From: Octopus bimaculoides
Taxonomy: Eukaryota
Direction of reading: 5' to 3'
Length of the DNA: 39,897 bases
Assembly: GCF_001194135.2 (NCBI RefSeq)
Contig: NC_068984.1
Span: 48,261,272 to 48,301,168, forward strand
A program made the position numbers and the translations under genes. The notes beneath the pieces were generated by a model that saw only the letters and a program-made list of their open reading frames with translations, did no database searches and was not told where the DNA came from. Positions 12,776-24,136 of the stretch are shown here, piece by piece (positions within the stretch are counted from its first letter, which is position 1; the number at the start of each line of letters is the position of its first letter).

Positions 12776-13300
12776 CAGGGTGTCCCAAAAGGCACTGATG
12801 GGTCTCAGTTTTTAATAACTTCCTTTACTTTACAAATAAATGCATAACCTTTTGATATTATATAAAGAACATAATAGAAATTAATATGCGCAACTCAAAT
12901 TTACAACACCACTACATCACATATGAAAAATGACATCGCTTAAGTGGTAGCCATTTTCGACTTCGTACGCCCATGATCTTTTCAAAACTTGCACCATAAC
13001 AGGAGTTACAGACTCCTGATGTTCTCTTTCATTTGCACCGGAGTTTCCGGTTTCTTGACGTAAACACTTTTCTTTGAGGTATCCCTACAAGAAAAAATCC
13101 GGACTTGTAAAGTCTGGGAGACGTGAAGGCCAGTCCACATTGCCGTAGCAGGAGATTATTCTCTTTCCAAGCACTGCCATAGCAGTGCATTTTTTCTCTT
13201 GCGGTATGAGCAGTTGCCCGATATTTCTGGAATCATGTGTGAGATCTACTTTGAATGGGCTAATTCTAGTGAAAAAGATTATATTGTTTAATTTGACTCT
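12776..13300 (-). mobile_element. IS630-Tc1-mariner remnant, DD41D (rosa/Visitor)-like, right end
   Basis: TA followed by terminal CAGGGTGTCCCAAAA at 12776. Minus strand gives 'ATAHTARE..KRIISCYGNVDWPSRLPDFTSPDFFL*GYLKEKVY'. No left terminus was found. Confidence 0.8.
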
Positions 13301-14340
13301 AGATATATAAAAGAAAACTGAGTGCAGAAAGCGGTAATGTTTCTGATTTATGGGATGCTGAATATGAATTGACACGAAGCTAAATACACCAAATACAACA
13401 GCATAAATATGTCAATGCTCAACAAAATATGAAATCGATTGGCGAATGGACATGGCAGTGACTCGACCAGATGTGACTCTGCTGCTAACTGTTTGACGCA
13501 ATAAAAGTCCTTAATTGATAATGAGTGTAAAAGTGTAGCTTTTGAAATATTGACGAATGAACACCAATTTGCTTTTTTCTGAAAATTAAAAGAAAAAGAA
13601 ATAACAACTTTAGGTTTAAGTTTCCTTTTATCTTTTCTCTCCAACGCTGCTTCTCTCTTAGTTTTATTCTATACAAATTCTGGAGGTTGTTTCCAACAAG
13701 GCTTAAATATCATTATTTTAGAGTAATGTGAATTAAGCTAATATGACACTCATGTTTTCCTAATGTTATTATTGACGTAAGATAACGTGCTCCAACCTCA
13801 AGTAGATACTCAGAGCAATTTGTAATCTTCATATGTTTTATGTTGACCTTTCACCTCAAAGAGCAGATGAGAATATATAAAATTATAGCTTTTTTTTTCG
13901 ATTAGCAACGGAGGATAACATGTAAACATGGTGTAAAATCAGATATATGACACCAAACTATCTACGTGGGCGTTATTCGACTACGTCAAAACGCCTAGTG
14001 ATTGAAACTGCTTGTGGTGCCAGCTTGCTCGAAGATTACCGCTTACTGTGTGACATTCACAACGTAGTGTATTAATACAAAGTAATAATGTCGGAATCCA
14101 AGAAACATGCATTGTTAATGTGTTAGTAGATTACCGACTGCTGACTGGCATCTGCGTTTAACAAAATTATGTGAATTCAATTTCTAACTAACCCACTTTA
14201 TCATTAGTTCTTACTCGTTATTCATATTTATTCATGTTAATTCATGTCTTGGTATTGTCTTTTCTCTTGAATTTCTCTTCCTTTCTCTATCTTTCTCTCA
14301 CTCACACTATTTGATTGATATTCCAATTCACTTAGGAATC

Positions 14341-14350
14341 CCTCTCTCTC

Positions 14351-14399
<49 letters not shown>

Positions 14400-14409
14400 N
14401 NNNNNNNNN

Positions 14410-14457
<48 letters not shown>

Positions 14458-14470
14458 ATATATATATATG
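14341..14470. repeat. (TC)n / gap / (AC)n / (TA)n microsatellite
   Basis: Direct reading of the sequence. Confidence 0.9.
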
Positions 14471-14734
14471 AATATTATAACTGTCATGAAGTATTGTCTC
14501 ATATGTAAATGTTTTTAATTATATTATTTATAAATTCTAAACAATGCAACAGGCTGAGGTTTTACCAAGAATTTCAATATTCCAGGTTTAGGAACCCTTC
14601 TTCAAGAAATCTATGCAGAAAGGTTGTTATTCGCTGATTTCTCTATTGTTTAGTGTGTGTGTATCTGATATGCGACGCTATAGAAACCAACCATTCGCGT
14701 TTAGCTCTGAACTATTATCATTTTTGTGCGTTCA

Positions 14735-15305
14735 AGGCGGAAATATAGTAGAATCATTACTGCGCCGGACAAAACACTTAGCGGCATTTCGTTCGTCTTT
14801 GCGTTATGAATTCAAATTCCACCGAGGTCGACTTTGCCATTCATCATTTTGGTGTCGATAATGTCAGTACCAGCTGAGCGCTGAGGTCGATGAAATCGTC
14901 TTATTCCCTACACCGAATTGCTAGCTTTGTGCCAATATTTGAAATCAGGATATGGTGAGTTTAACGCGGCGGGATGGCAGAATCATTAGCACGCCGTTCA
15001 AAATGCTCAGCGGCAATTCATCAATTGCTTTCTGAGTTCAAATTCCGCCGAGGTCAACCTAGCCTTTCGCTACTTCGGAGCTCGATAAAACAAATACCAG
15101 CTGAACACTGGATCCGATGTAATCATCTTATTCCCAATCCCAAATTGTTGGCCTTGTGCCAACATTTGAAATCAATGTATGGTTAGAATTGTATGCACGT
15201 TGGGTAATATGCTAAGAGATATTTCATCTATTTTCTGAGTTCCAATTCCACCGAATTATTCCAAGCTTTTCATCTTTTCGAGGTCGATAAAATTAATACC
15301 AGTTT
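14735..15305 (+). mobile_element. SINE family 2, three head-to-tail copies with tail A (..CTTGTGCCAAYATTTGAAATC)
   Basis: Units start at about 14735, 14966 and 15190, each with a GARTTCAAATTCC..GAGGTCGA-type core. Confidence 0.8.
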
Positions 15306-15843
15306 AAAACGTCAAACCTATATATGGTATGTTCTTTTAAAAGTGTTTCTTGTATTCTCAAGTTTCCAATGTTTCTTTCTGTATCTTCAATGGAATCCTG
15401 GAAATCTTCTGGCATTTTTTGTGACGTGGTTTGAAGGAAGAAGATTTAAGGGGCAGATATAGCTTAATTGCAAGTATAAAATCCTTTTTCTTTCTTTTGA
15501 AAGCAGAAAAATTCGTCGGCAGAAAGAAAAGGATTTTATCCTTTATATATATNNNNNNNNNNNNNNNNNNNNNNNNNNNNNNNNNNNNNNNNNNNNNNNN
15601 NNNNNNNNNNNNNNNNNNNNNNNNNNNNNNNNNNNNNNNNNNNNNNNNNNNNNNNNNNNNNNNNNNNNNNNNNNNNNNNNNNNNNNNNNNNNNNNNNNNN
15701 NNNNNNNNNNNNNNNNNNNNNNNNNNNNNNNNNNNNNNNNNNNNNNNNNNNNNNNNNNNNNNNNNNNNNNNNNNNNNNNNNNNNNNNNNNNNNNNNNNNN
15801 NNNNNNNNNNNNNNNNNNNNNNNNNNNNNNNNNNNNNNNNNNN

Positions 15844-15886
<43 letters not shown>

Positions 15887-15950
15887 CGTGTTTGTGTGTG
15901 AGTGTGTGTGTGTGTGTGTGTATGTGTGTGTGTGTGTGTCTGTGTGTGTT
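15844..15950. repeat. (TG)n microsatellite
   Basis: Direct reading of the sequence. Confidence 0.95.
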
Positions 15951-16529
15951 TATACATGTATGCATATGTACGTATATATCTTTAAACATTCATTCGTTAC
16001 AAACTGAGAAGAAGGAAAACGCCTAGCGATGAAATCGGATGTCGAGTTTAGTTCAGTTAATTATATCGCAAAGAAACAGCATGCAGTAATAGAGTGTGTC
16101 GCATACGCTTAGTGAAAAATTCAATGTATTACAAGAAACTTCGTTTTCTTATCTGGTAATCTGGGATTAGCTAATGTATTTCTCAAATATCTGTACACAT
16201 TTACGTACAGGAAATCAAGCAAAATTACTTAACTCTACGATCTATCATGACAGACAACATTTCAGATGCCGCATTGAGTAATTTAACTATTTATAATGGT
16301 CAGCAGAATTGCAGATGTAATCTAGCTTCTTCTATTTGAATTACCATCTATAATAAACTTTATATTTGATTGATAATGCATTCACATAAATTACCAATTT
16401 CTTCATTTATTTAGTTATTTCCCAATCCCGCATTTGGCTATTTCTAAGGAAACAAAATCAACACAATCACGGCTGAACATAATGAAACATTTTTCAACCA
16501 CCACATTTTCAAACTGACTTTCTTGCATT

Positions 16530-17940
16530 AATTGCTGATGTTGAATACGGATCTGAACTTAGTTATTGTTATCAAGGTACGTTGCATTGTTATCGGTACT
16601 TGTAGTTTTCACGCACAGGTTACGTAATGCAAATCCGTTTAACGTAGACGCGTTCATGAGATTTTTGTACAATGTACAATATGAAAAACACTGTGTCGAA
16701 ATAAAGTGAGGATACGTTTTATTGAACTACATTTCAAAATCTGTGGGCTTTAGTTTCTATGATGCTTTTTCTCAGGTTCATCCTTGTATAACATCCAACA
16801 GTAGGCAGTTAACATCCTTTCATACCAAAATTCTTGATATCTTTGCTCCATTGATGAAATATAGTGATGAAAGCGCTCCCATTTCTCCTGAGATACTGCT
16901 CTATGTTTCTCTTCAAAAAAGTACAAATGGGAATCAAGAAAATGGATTTTCAGTGACATGCGAGAGTCCATTGCACCATAAACGTTTAGGAGACATTTCT
17001 TTCCATTTCTAAACTCCAGAGGTCTGTTGCCATTCAGAATCTTTGGCAGAGCTATTCAAAGAATCTCCAGGCTTAAACTAGGTCTCATGCAGTGATGTGA
17101 GTAAGATGTCCTTGAAGAGTCCTTTTGACTGCGGCCCTACGAATAGGTCTTCCTTGAACTTTGCCTCGGTGATTTTTGTAAACATAACCTTTATATATCC
17201 TATACCTTCTGAATTTTTCCTGGCAAATGTTTTCTCAAATTATTTCATGAGGCCAAGTTTACGTGAAATTGCTGGGGAAGGAACACTAGAAATCCAAGCT
17301 CGTATGATTTTGCAAAGGATACTCTAATGACACAAGATACTTGTAAGTTGCCCAACTGTTCCATATGAATAAAAAACAACAATATTTCATGAATCATGAA
17401 TGCATTCCCATCAACATTCCAATCACCTTCAAGTCTCCATACAGTTTTCACTTGTAGTTTGTATATGTTACAGTATCGTAGACTACGTGTATGTCCTCAT
17501 AACATTCGTTCATGCGCACAGAATATCCTATAGGAATGATTCGTTTCTTATTGATGTTTGTACAGTAGTACTTGCCTTGAGACTTCTCTAAGTGACATCA
17601 ATGAACATGTTCTTGAAAGAAACTGCGAAATAAATCCTCATTATTAATACTGAAATATGGCAGCCTCTCTGTAAAGAAGTGGACGCGTTACTATGTTTTT
17701 GTAACAGTTCTCTATTATTCTTTCTGATATAAATAATAAAAACGATTTTCCTTCACACAACATGCTAAACGTTTACCTTTATCCTTCGACAGTACTAAAC
17801 CTCTAACCAAATCATAACTCTACTTGAGAAAATATCCATGTTCCATCTAGATTTTCAATCACAAAATTTGCATTCACTTCCGTTCCTTTCACAAGTCTTA
17901 AAGAACCTGGTCAGCATAACTACGAAAGGTATCACAGTGC
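16530..17940 (-). mobile_element. Decayed Chapaev3 (CMC-Chapaev-3)-type DNA transposon
   Basis: Minus-strand remnants: 'FSQVEL..DLVRGLVLSKDK', 'MFID..RSLKA', 'IPIGYSVRMNECYEDI', 'GDLKVIGMLMGM..KYCCFLFIWNS', 'KLGLMK', 'EAKFKEDLFVGPQ', 'MSLKIHFLDSHLYFF..AVSQEKWERFHHYI..RYQ..AYCWML'. Termini are uncertain (possible CACTGTG at 17933-17939). The family assignment comes from motif recall. Confidence 0.75.
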
Positions 17941-18842
17941 AGGATTAAATGTTATCAATCATAGCAGCGCTATTAATTCTTGTATACATTGTATGTAGAA
18001 TTGAATAAGGCCACTCAGTAGACCATAGACCACATTTTCTTAATTGCTGAAACCCAAGTCTGTGCAGATTAAGAACATGGTAATTTATATTTATCAATCA
18101 TTTGTAGAATGTTACCGAAAACCTTATAGTATTGATTTTAATCAAATTCCAAGAATATGTAACTTTTTTCTCGATTTCGCTAGACTTTTCTACAGTTATC
18201 TTTACGTGGCTAGATAAAATTCATGATAAAATTTACATATGGTAGCGTATCACTATTTTATCTGCACTCCTTACAATGTTACACTCTACCAACAATATTG
18301 TTTATATGAACTTAATCCGGTTTTTTATTCACTAGTGTTTTTCAAGAGGAAACTTTAAAGCACTTGTATATCACGACGAATATTTAAGATTTTAAAGCTC
18401 AGATGTATTTCTCACTGATTCAGAACGAACTTCTGTAAATGGCATCGGCAGGATGAGCATAGAAATTCTTTATATAATGGTTATTCAATAACATGAAAAG
18501 AATTGCTAAATGCGATAAAGAATGTTTCCTCACAAAATTGTACATACTATTGTGGTGTCTGTCAAGGGAAAATGTAAATTATTTGCAAATCGAGTTGACA
18601 CAACAAGTTTAAATCTCAAACGAAGTTATTTTATTTGTATCTTTAATGATCGTCCGTAAGATATATATGCTTCTCATAAATCGTTATTTTATTAACCATC
18701 GAAAATATAGTCGTGATTTGGTTTAACTGTAATATAAAATAATAAAAGCAATGAACTAGTGTCGTTCAGTATTGTAAAAGTTAAATAAATAAAGTTTTTA
18801 CGCAATTCCAATATTTCATTTGTCCTCACAGAACACACACAC

Positions 18843-18902
18843 ATATAGATAGACAAATAGATAGATAGATAGATAGATAGAAAGATAGATAGATAGATAG
18901 AT
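18843..18902. repeat. (GATA)n microsatellite
   Basis: Direct reading of the sequence. Confidence 0.9.
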
Positions 18903-19681
18903 TTACAAATATATGTACGTTTATTGATAATCAAAGTAGCAATTATGTTTTGGAGCTTTAGTAACACAAATAAAGCTTTGTCGTGGATGTAGTAAGATGC
19001 TCTCTTATAGTGGTCATTTTGGGTGCTTCTTTTTCCCCCCATCGTACTAATTAAATTTGATATCATTTGATGGTTTGTAGAAATGGATTGAAATATGAGT
19101 GGAGTTCAAATATGATAAGCAGCAATTCAGTTATAAAGGTTTGCGTAATAATCCAATTTCTTTTCTATTTCATTATCCGATTTAGTCACAAATCGATTGA
19201 CTTAATATAAGAAATAAGAACGAAAGTTACAGAAGGTGAGTATACGTACGTACACACACTCATAGATGTTGAAAAAATAGAGATCATATATTGATTGATA
19301 TATTTAAGCATTACAATAGGAGACTCAAAACAAGCATAAAATAGAATTCCAGTTCCTTGTCAATAATACTTAAATACATTTGAAAATATAAACGAACCCT
19401 GTGTTCACATTAATTAAATTTTGACACTACTAATTCTTGTATATAGGTTGGGAACGCTGTATGAAACACGAAAGAATATAATCGATAAACGAAGGTAAAA
19501 TTGAAATAGTTAACTTCATATTTGTATCCTTAGTTGATTAAAGACCCTGATTTGAAAATTATATCTAGAGAGAAATGTAACAACATATATTAGTCTTTAT
19601 TTGTTACGGATTTCATTTTGTATATAGTTACGCTAAATTCTGTGTAAGTAAAATTTTTGCTCAAAAATTATATCTAAAATA

Positions 19682-19846
19682 GGCGTAGGGGTGGCTGTGT
19701 GGTAAGTAGCTTGCTTACCAACCACATGGTCCCGGGTTCAGTCCCACTGCGTGGCATCTTGGGCAAGTGTCTTCTACTATAGCCTCGAGTCGACCAAAGC
19801 CTTGTGAGTGGATTTGGTAGACGGAAACTGAAAGAAGCCCGTTGTA

Positions 19847-19879
<33 letters not shown>

Positions 19880-20063
19880 NNNNNNNNNNNNNNNNNNNNN
19901 NNNNNNNNNNNNNNNNNNNNNNNNNNNNNNNNNNNNNNNNNNNNNNNNNNNNNNNNNNNNNNNNNNNNNNNNNNNNNNNNNNNNNNNNNNNNNNNNNNNN
20001 NNNNNNNNNNNNNNNNNNNNNNNNNNNNNNNNNNNNNNNNNNNNNNNNNNNNNNNNNNNNNNN

Positions 20064-20102
<39 letters not shown>

Positions 20103-20313
20103 TTGTGTGTCTGTGTTTGTCCCCCCAACATCGCTTGACAACCGATGCTGGTGTGTTTATGTCCCCGTAACTTAGCGGTTCGGCAAAAGAGACCGATAGA
20201 ATAAGTACTAGGCTTCTAAATAATAAGTCCTGGGGTTGATTTGCTCGACTAAAGGCGGTGCTCCAGTATGGCCACAGTCAAAAGACTGAAACAAGTAAAA
20301 GAGTAAAAGAGTA
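19682..20313 (+). mobile_element. SINE family 1 (tRNA-derived head, internal TA/TG microsatellite), full-length
   Basis: A-box-like TGGCTGTGTGG and B-box-like GGTTCAGTCCC. It ends in (AAAAGAGT)n and has an apparent TSD TAAAATA (19675-19681 and 20312-20318). A near-identical copy lies at 33165. Confidence 0.9.
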
Positions 20314-21320
20314 AAATATTGTAGACTATTATATTTCAGGCACAACATTAAGAGATGTATAGCGATTGATATATTCGGCGAAGGGCTGCCTTTAGAAAAC
20401 AGACATTAAAAAACACCTGTCAAACACAGTTGCATACTATTGTTTGGTTCGTCGCCTATATACATACTTCGTCATTTTTCATTTAATAAGATTCTCTCCC
20501 CACTTCTCCTTTCAATGCCATATTGTCAGGTGTTTTACATATTACAATTCTACATGGAAATTTTAATATTTGTGGTCACGAATAAACGACATTTTGTCAC
20601 GTGATACACATCGTATAAATTCTATGCTTCATGGGTAATACTACAGTCAACAAAGAATCTTTGATAAGACAAGTGATGTTCTTTTTATTAATACTATCGA
20701 ACGTACTAATTCATTTAATAGTTAATAACACCATCTTTATATATGTTTTCCATTTCTTAATCTACAGAAAGTATTTCTTCATTAGACGCGTTATGCCCTT
20801 AACTTTACTGAGAATTATTATTATAAAACCTTGACACTTTATATATTGTACAAACAATTGCTTAAATGTACAGATGTTTCTACTTTTTCCTATTTCATTT
20901 TATAGCATTTTTAAATATTAGGATGCAGTTTTTTGAGTTACAAGACCTGAAGAGTGTCCCCATTCTGAGTGGTATTTATCTTGATGGATGTATTGTAAAT
21001 TTCCCAGATCTTTTCCACTTTTATGTGGCCACGAAACGCACGTAGTCTATTATTCACTTTCGTTTTTATAAATTTACTAAACTGAATTAAATTTTTAATC
21101 CAATGTTTTATAAATTTAATGGATTAAACATTTTCTCTCGGATTTTGGGGATTTTAAAATTAGTAATTTGTATAGTACGCTTTTCCTGATGGTGTCTGAT
21201 CTCCGTTATCGTTTGAGATGCACGTTGTGTTTCTTCTTTAAATTATTAATAAATATATATATATATATATATATATACATACATACATACATACATACAT
21301 ACATTTATATNNNNNNNNNN

Positions 21321-21404
21321 CATATGTTTCAAAGGATTACAACCTATGTGATCCATAGGGATCTGTGATATTAAAATTGTAACCTTCTCATCAGGGAAAG
21401 CATG
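21321..21404 (-). ncRNA. Mirror copy of the hammerhead ribozyme, truncated by the assembly gap before the cleavage site
   Basis: Minus strand reads CATGCTTTCC-CTGATGA (21394-21388), stem II, GAAA-CATATG, then Ns. Confidence 0.5.
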
Positions 21405-21564
21405 GGAATCATCTTAAACGTAAGACATTATGACCGAGTATTATGACTCGGTCATAATGTCGTACGTTTAAGATGATTCCCATGCTTTCCCTGATGAGAA
21501 GGTTACAATTTTAATATCACAGATCCCTATGGATCACATAGGTTGTAATCCTTTGAAACATATG
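21321..21564. repeat. Inverted repeat with 119-bp arms, one mismatch and a 6-nt spacer
   Basis: Arms 21321-21439 and 21446-21564, spacer ATTATG. It starts exactly at the edge of a 10-N gap. Confidence 0.95.
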
Positions 21565-21580
21565 TAGGAATAACGTATGC
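21481..21580 (+). ncRNA. Type I hammerhead ribozyme (HHR-A), predicted GUA cleavage after 21566
   Basis: CTGATGA at 21491-97. Stem II GAAGGTTACAA (21498-508) / TTGTAATCCTTT (21543-54), 11 bp with one bulge. GAAA at 21555-58. Minimal stem III in palindrome ACATATGT. Stem I TTCC/GGAA plus CATGC/GTATG across an internal loop. Confidence 0.72.
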
Positions 21581-22440
21581 AATTATAACATGCGTTTTCT
21601 CCATTCCTTAAATTTTTAAATATACTCAAATACCCAAAATTTGAAGGAGTTCCTACTTTAAAACAGGAACAACACCAAAGTTATTTTGTGTTCTTTGCTA
21701 CATTGGTTTCTATTAACCCAGTTATTCTATCCGAAGAATTTTTATTCATTAAGATAGAAGAAATACATATAATTAAATATATATATATGTATGTATATGT
21801 ATATATATATAATCTTGATAGAGTAATCCGTTACCGTACTTACCTAGCGTACCTAATCGTTTAGATCACCTCGGAACGAAACCCCCACACTTTGCGTGAG
21901 TGTGGGTATATATATACGAACACACATATTTTGCATTTGATGTACTTCATATGTATATTTGCTGTGTCTAATTTGCTTAACTGCATAATATATATATATA
22001 TATATATATATAAATATAGAAAGAAAGGAGGAGAAGTGCAATCAAAAAGTCCAACTCTATGCGTGTTGAATGGCCGTCGTTCTTAAATAGAGACAAGGGA
22101 ATTTCTCTTTGGTACGGAAGTGGTGTAATGTGTGTGAGATAAATGAAGTCTATTTTAAGGTCAGCATTATTAATACAAAACAAATTTCACTCTCAATGTA
22201 CAAACTAAATAGATCGATTTAAAAAAATTAATCTAATTTACATAAATAAATTCTACAATCTTCGGTTGTATATTCCATATTTTGTGAAAAAATATGCATA
22301 TCTTTAAAATATGTTTACCATCATTTATCCCTATCGATTCGTAATTCAAAGTGTACAATATTTTAAAATAATAAAAGAGAGAGGATAAGCCATGTTTCTT
22401 CGTTCATAATCAAACCCGCTGTTCCACTATCTGTAGTTCA

Positions 22441-22505
22441 TTGTTCTAACGTCCTGTACCCTGATATGCATCTATATGCACATGTAGATGTAAGTATGTA
22501 CATAT
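22441..22505 (+). repeat. Fragment homologous to the terminal segment of the 10.5-12 kb PLE-like element
   Basis: TCCTGTACCCTGATATGCATCTATA.. aligns by eye with the reverse complement of about 10905-10970 and 11990-12050. Confidence 0.65.
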
Positions 22506-22954
22506 ATGTGTGTATACATGCATATATATTCTTTGTATTATTACATCATTGAACGCACACGTCCTATTTGGAAGTAAGTCTGTACTTTATTATTCTGACG
22601 TGACTCCATCTTTCTATCTTTCTATCTATCTACCTATCAATTTATCTATCTGTTTATCTATAGATAAACATATGGAATTAAATACTACATACGTTAACAA
22701 AATTTAATTAAACACAAAAAAACAAACAAAAAAACACACACACATAAACAAATAAATAAATAAAAACAAATACAAACGAACACGTATTAACAGAGAATAT
22801 AGGTGATACAGACACTCCCCATAGACACATGCACTTAAAAAAGACACAGACACATTGAAGGACACGCATGCGTAGACACATACAATAGGAATACAAAATA
22901 CAAAATGGCTGATAGTTAGCAAGGCGAGACACACATAAGAAAGAAGGAAACAAA

Positions 22955-22999
22955 GGACCACTGATGAGGTCACAGAAGTGTGACGAAAGAACTCTGGCC
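22955..22999 (+). ncRNA. Minimal type I hammerhead ribozyme (HHR-B), predicted CUC cleavage after 22994
   Basis: GGACCA-CTGATGA (22961-67), extra G, stem II GTCACA/GAAG loop/TGTGAC, GAAA (22985-88), G-AA-C-T-C, TGGCC. Stem I is 5 bp with a bulged A. The stem III region AGAACT is one base from the palindrome AGTACT. Confidence 0.7.
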
Positions 23000-23217
23000 G
23001 AAATAAGATTAANNNNNNNNNNNNNNNNNNNNNNNNNNNNNNNNNNNNNNNNNNNNNNNNNNNNNNNNNNNNNNNNNNNNNNNNNNNNNNNNNNNNNNNN
23101 NNNNNNNNNNNNNNNNNNNNNNNNNNNNNNNNNNNNNNNNNNNNNNNNNNNNNNNNNNNNNNNNNNNNNNNNNNNNNNNNNNNNNNNNNNNNNNNNNNNN
23201 NNNNNNNNNNNNNNNNN

Positions 23218-23249
<32 letters not shown>

Positions 23250-23634
23250 TGTATATGTATATATACACACACACGCATGTATACACACATAAATATATAT
23301 AGGCCGATAGATATCATAGATACATATACATACACACAGACATATATTAGTATGCGAGGGCACTCGACTGTGTGTATGTTTTTTTGTGCTCCTGAGTATG
23401 AAGGTACATGGTCTAGTGTTTAGGGTGTCGTACTCACGATCGTAAAATAATGGCTTCGATTCCTAGTCATCATCTTGAGCATAACGCACCAACGGTTTTC
23501 CCAATCCACTATCTAGCCAGCGAGTTTGCATCATTCGAAAGTTAGTACAATACCAAAAATCGCATTGTGATCAGCGGTATATAACTAAATCTTGTAGTCT
23601 GTTCGATACATCTACAAACATATAGCGTAGAGCG

Positions 23635-23965
23635 TAAAGTCTCTCTTCGGTCATAAATGACTATGGGATTGCACCTAGAAAGTTACCCTCCAAGGCACAA
23701 GTCCTGGCAAGGTTGATTATGGAAGACCAGCAGTTGCTCATACATACCAGCCTCCCTTTCTCCACGCCACCGATGTAATCCAAGCGAAAGTCAGAGACCG
23801 ATACAGCTTGGGACCAGTGACGTCGCAACGCATTTCTACAGCCGAGTGAACTGGAACACGTGAAATAAAGTGTCTTGCTCAAGAATACAACACAGCGCGC
23901 TCCGGGAATCGAATTCACTACCTCAAGATTGTGAGCCCGACCCTCTAAATTCTGAGCCATGCGCC
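23635..23965 (-). mobile_element. SINE family 3 (tRNA-derived head)
   Basis: Minus strand: GGCGCATGGCTCAG..(A-box)..GAATTCGATTCCC (B-box), central CTTGAGCAAGACACTTTA, 3' ..CTAGGTGCAATCCCATAGTCATTTATGACCGAAG. A related degenerate head lies at 28957. Confidence 0.75.
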
Positions 23966-24089
23966 TTCAAATATACATATAAGCATATGGATATGAAAAT
24001 TCATGCGTAGATAGAAAGGCAGAGCAAGTACAGTCAAGTTAACATGCATACCCATGCACGCACATATATATATTTGTGTGGACAAATAA

Positions 24090-24136
24090 TTGTCAGTTTA
24101 TTCATAAATAAACTGACAAATATTTGTCAGTTTATT
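24090..24136. repeat. Three alternating copies of the 13-mer TTGTCAGTTTATT (+,-,+), including a perfect 30-bp palindrome
   Basis: Copies at 24090-102, 24107-119 (reverse complement) and 24124-136; the palindrome spans 24107-24136. Confidence 0.9.

Noticed and set aside
19682-19755. tRNA-like A/B boxes as a tRNA gene
   Set aside because: No complete cloverleaf; it is the head of a SINE, and the same holds for the other SINE heads.
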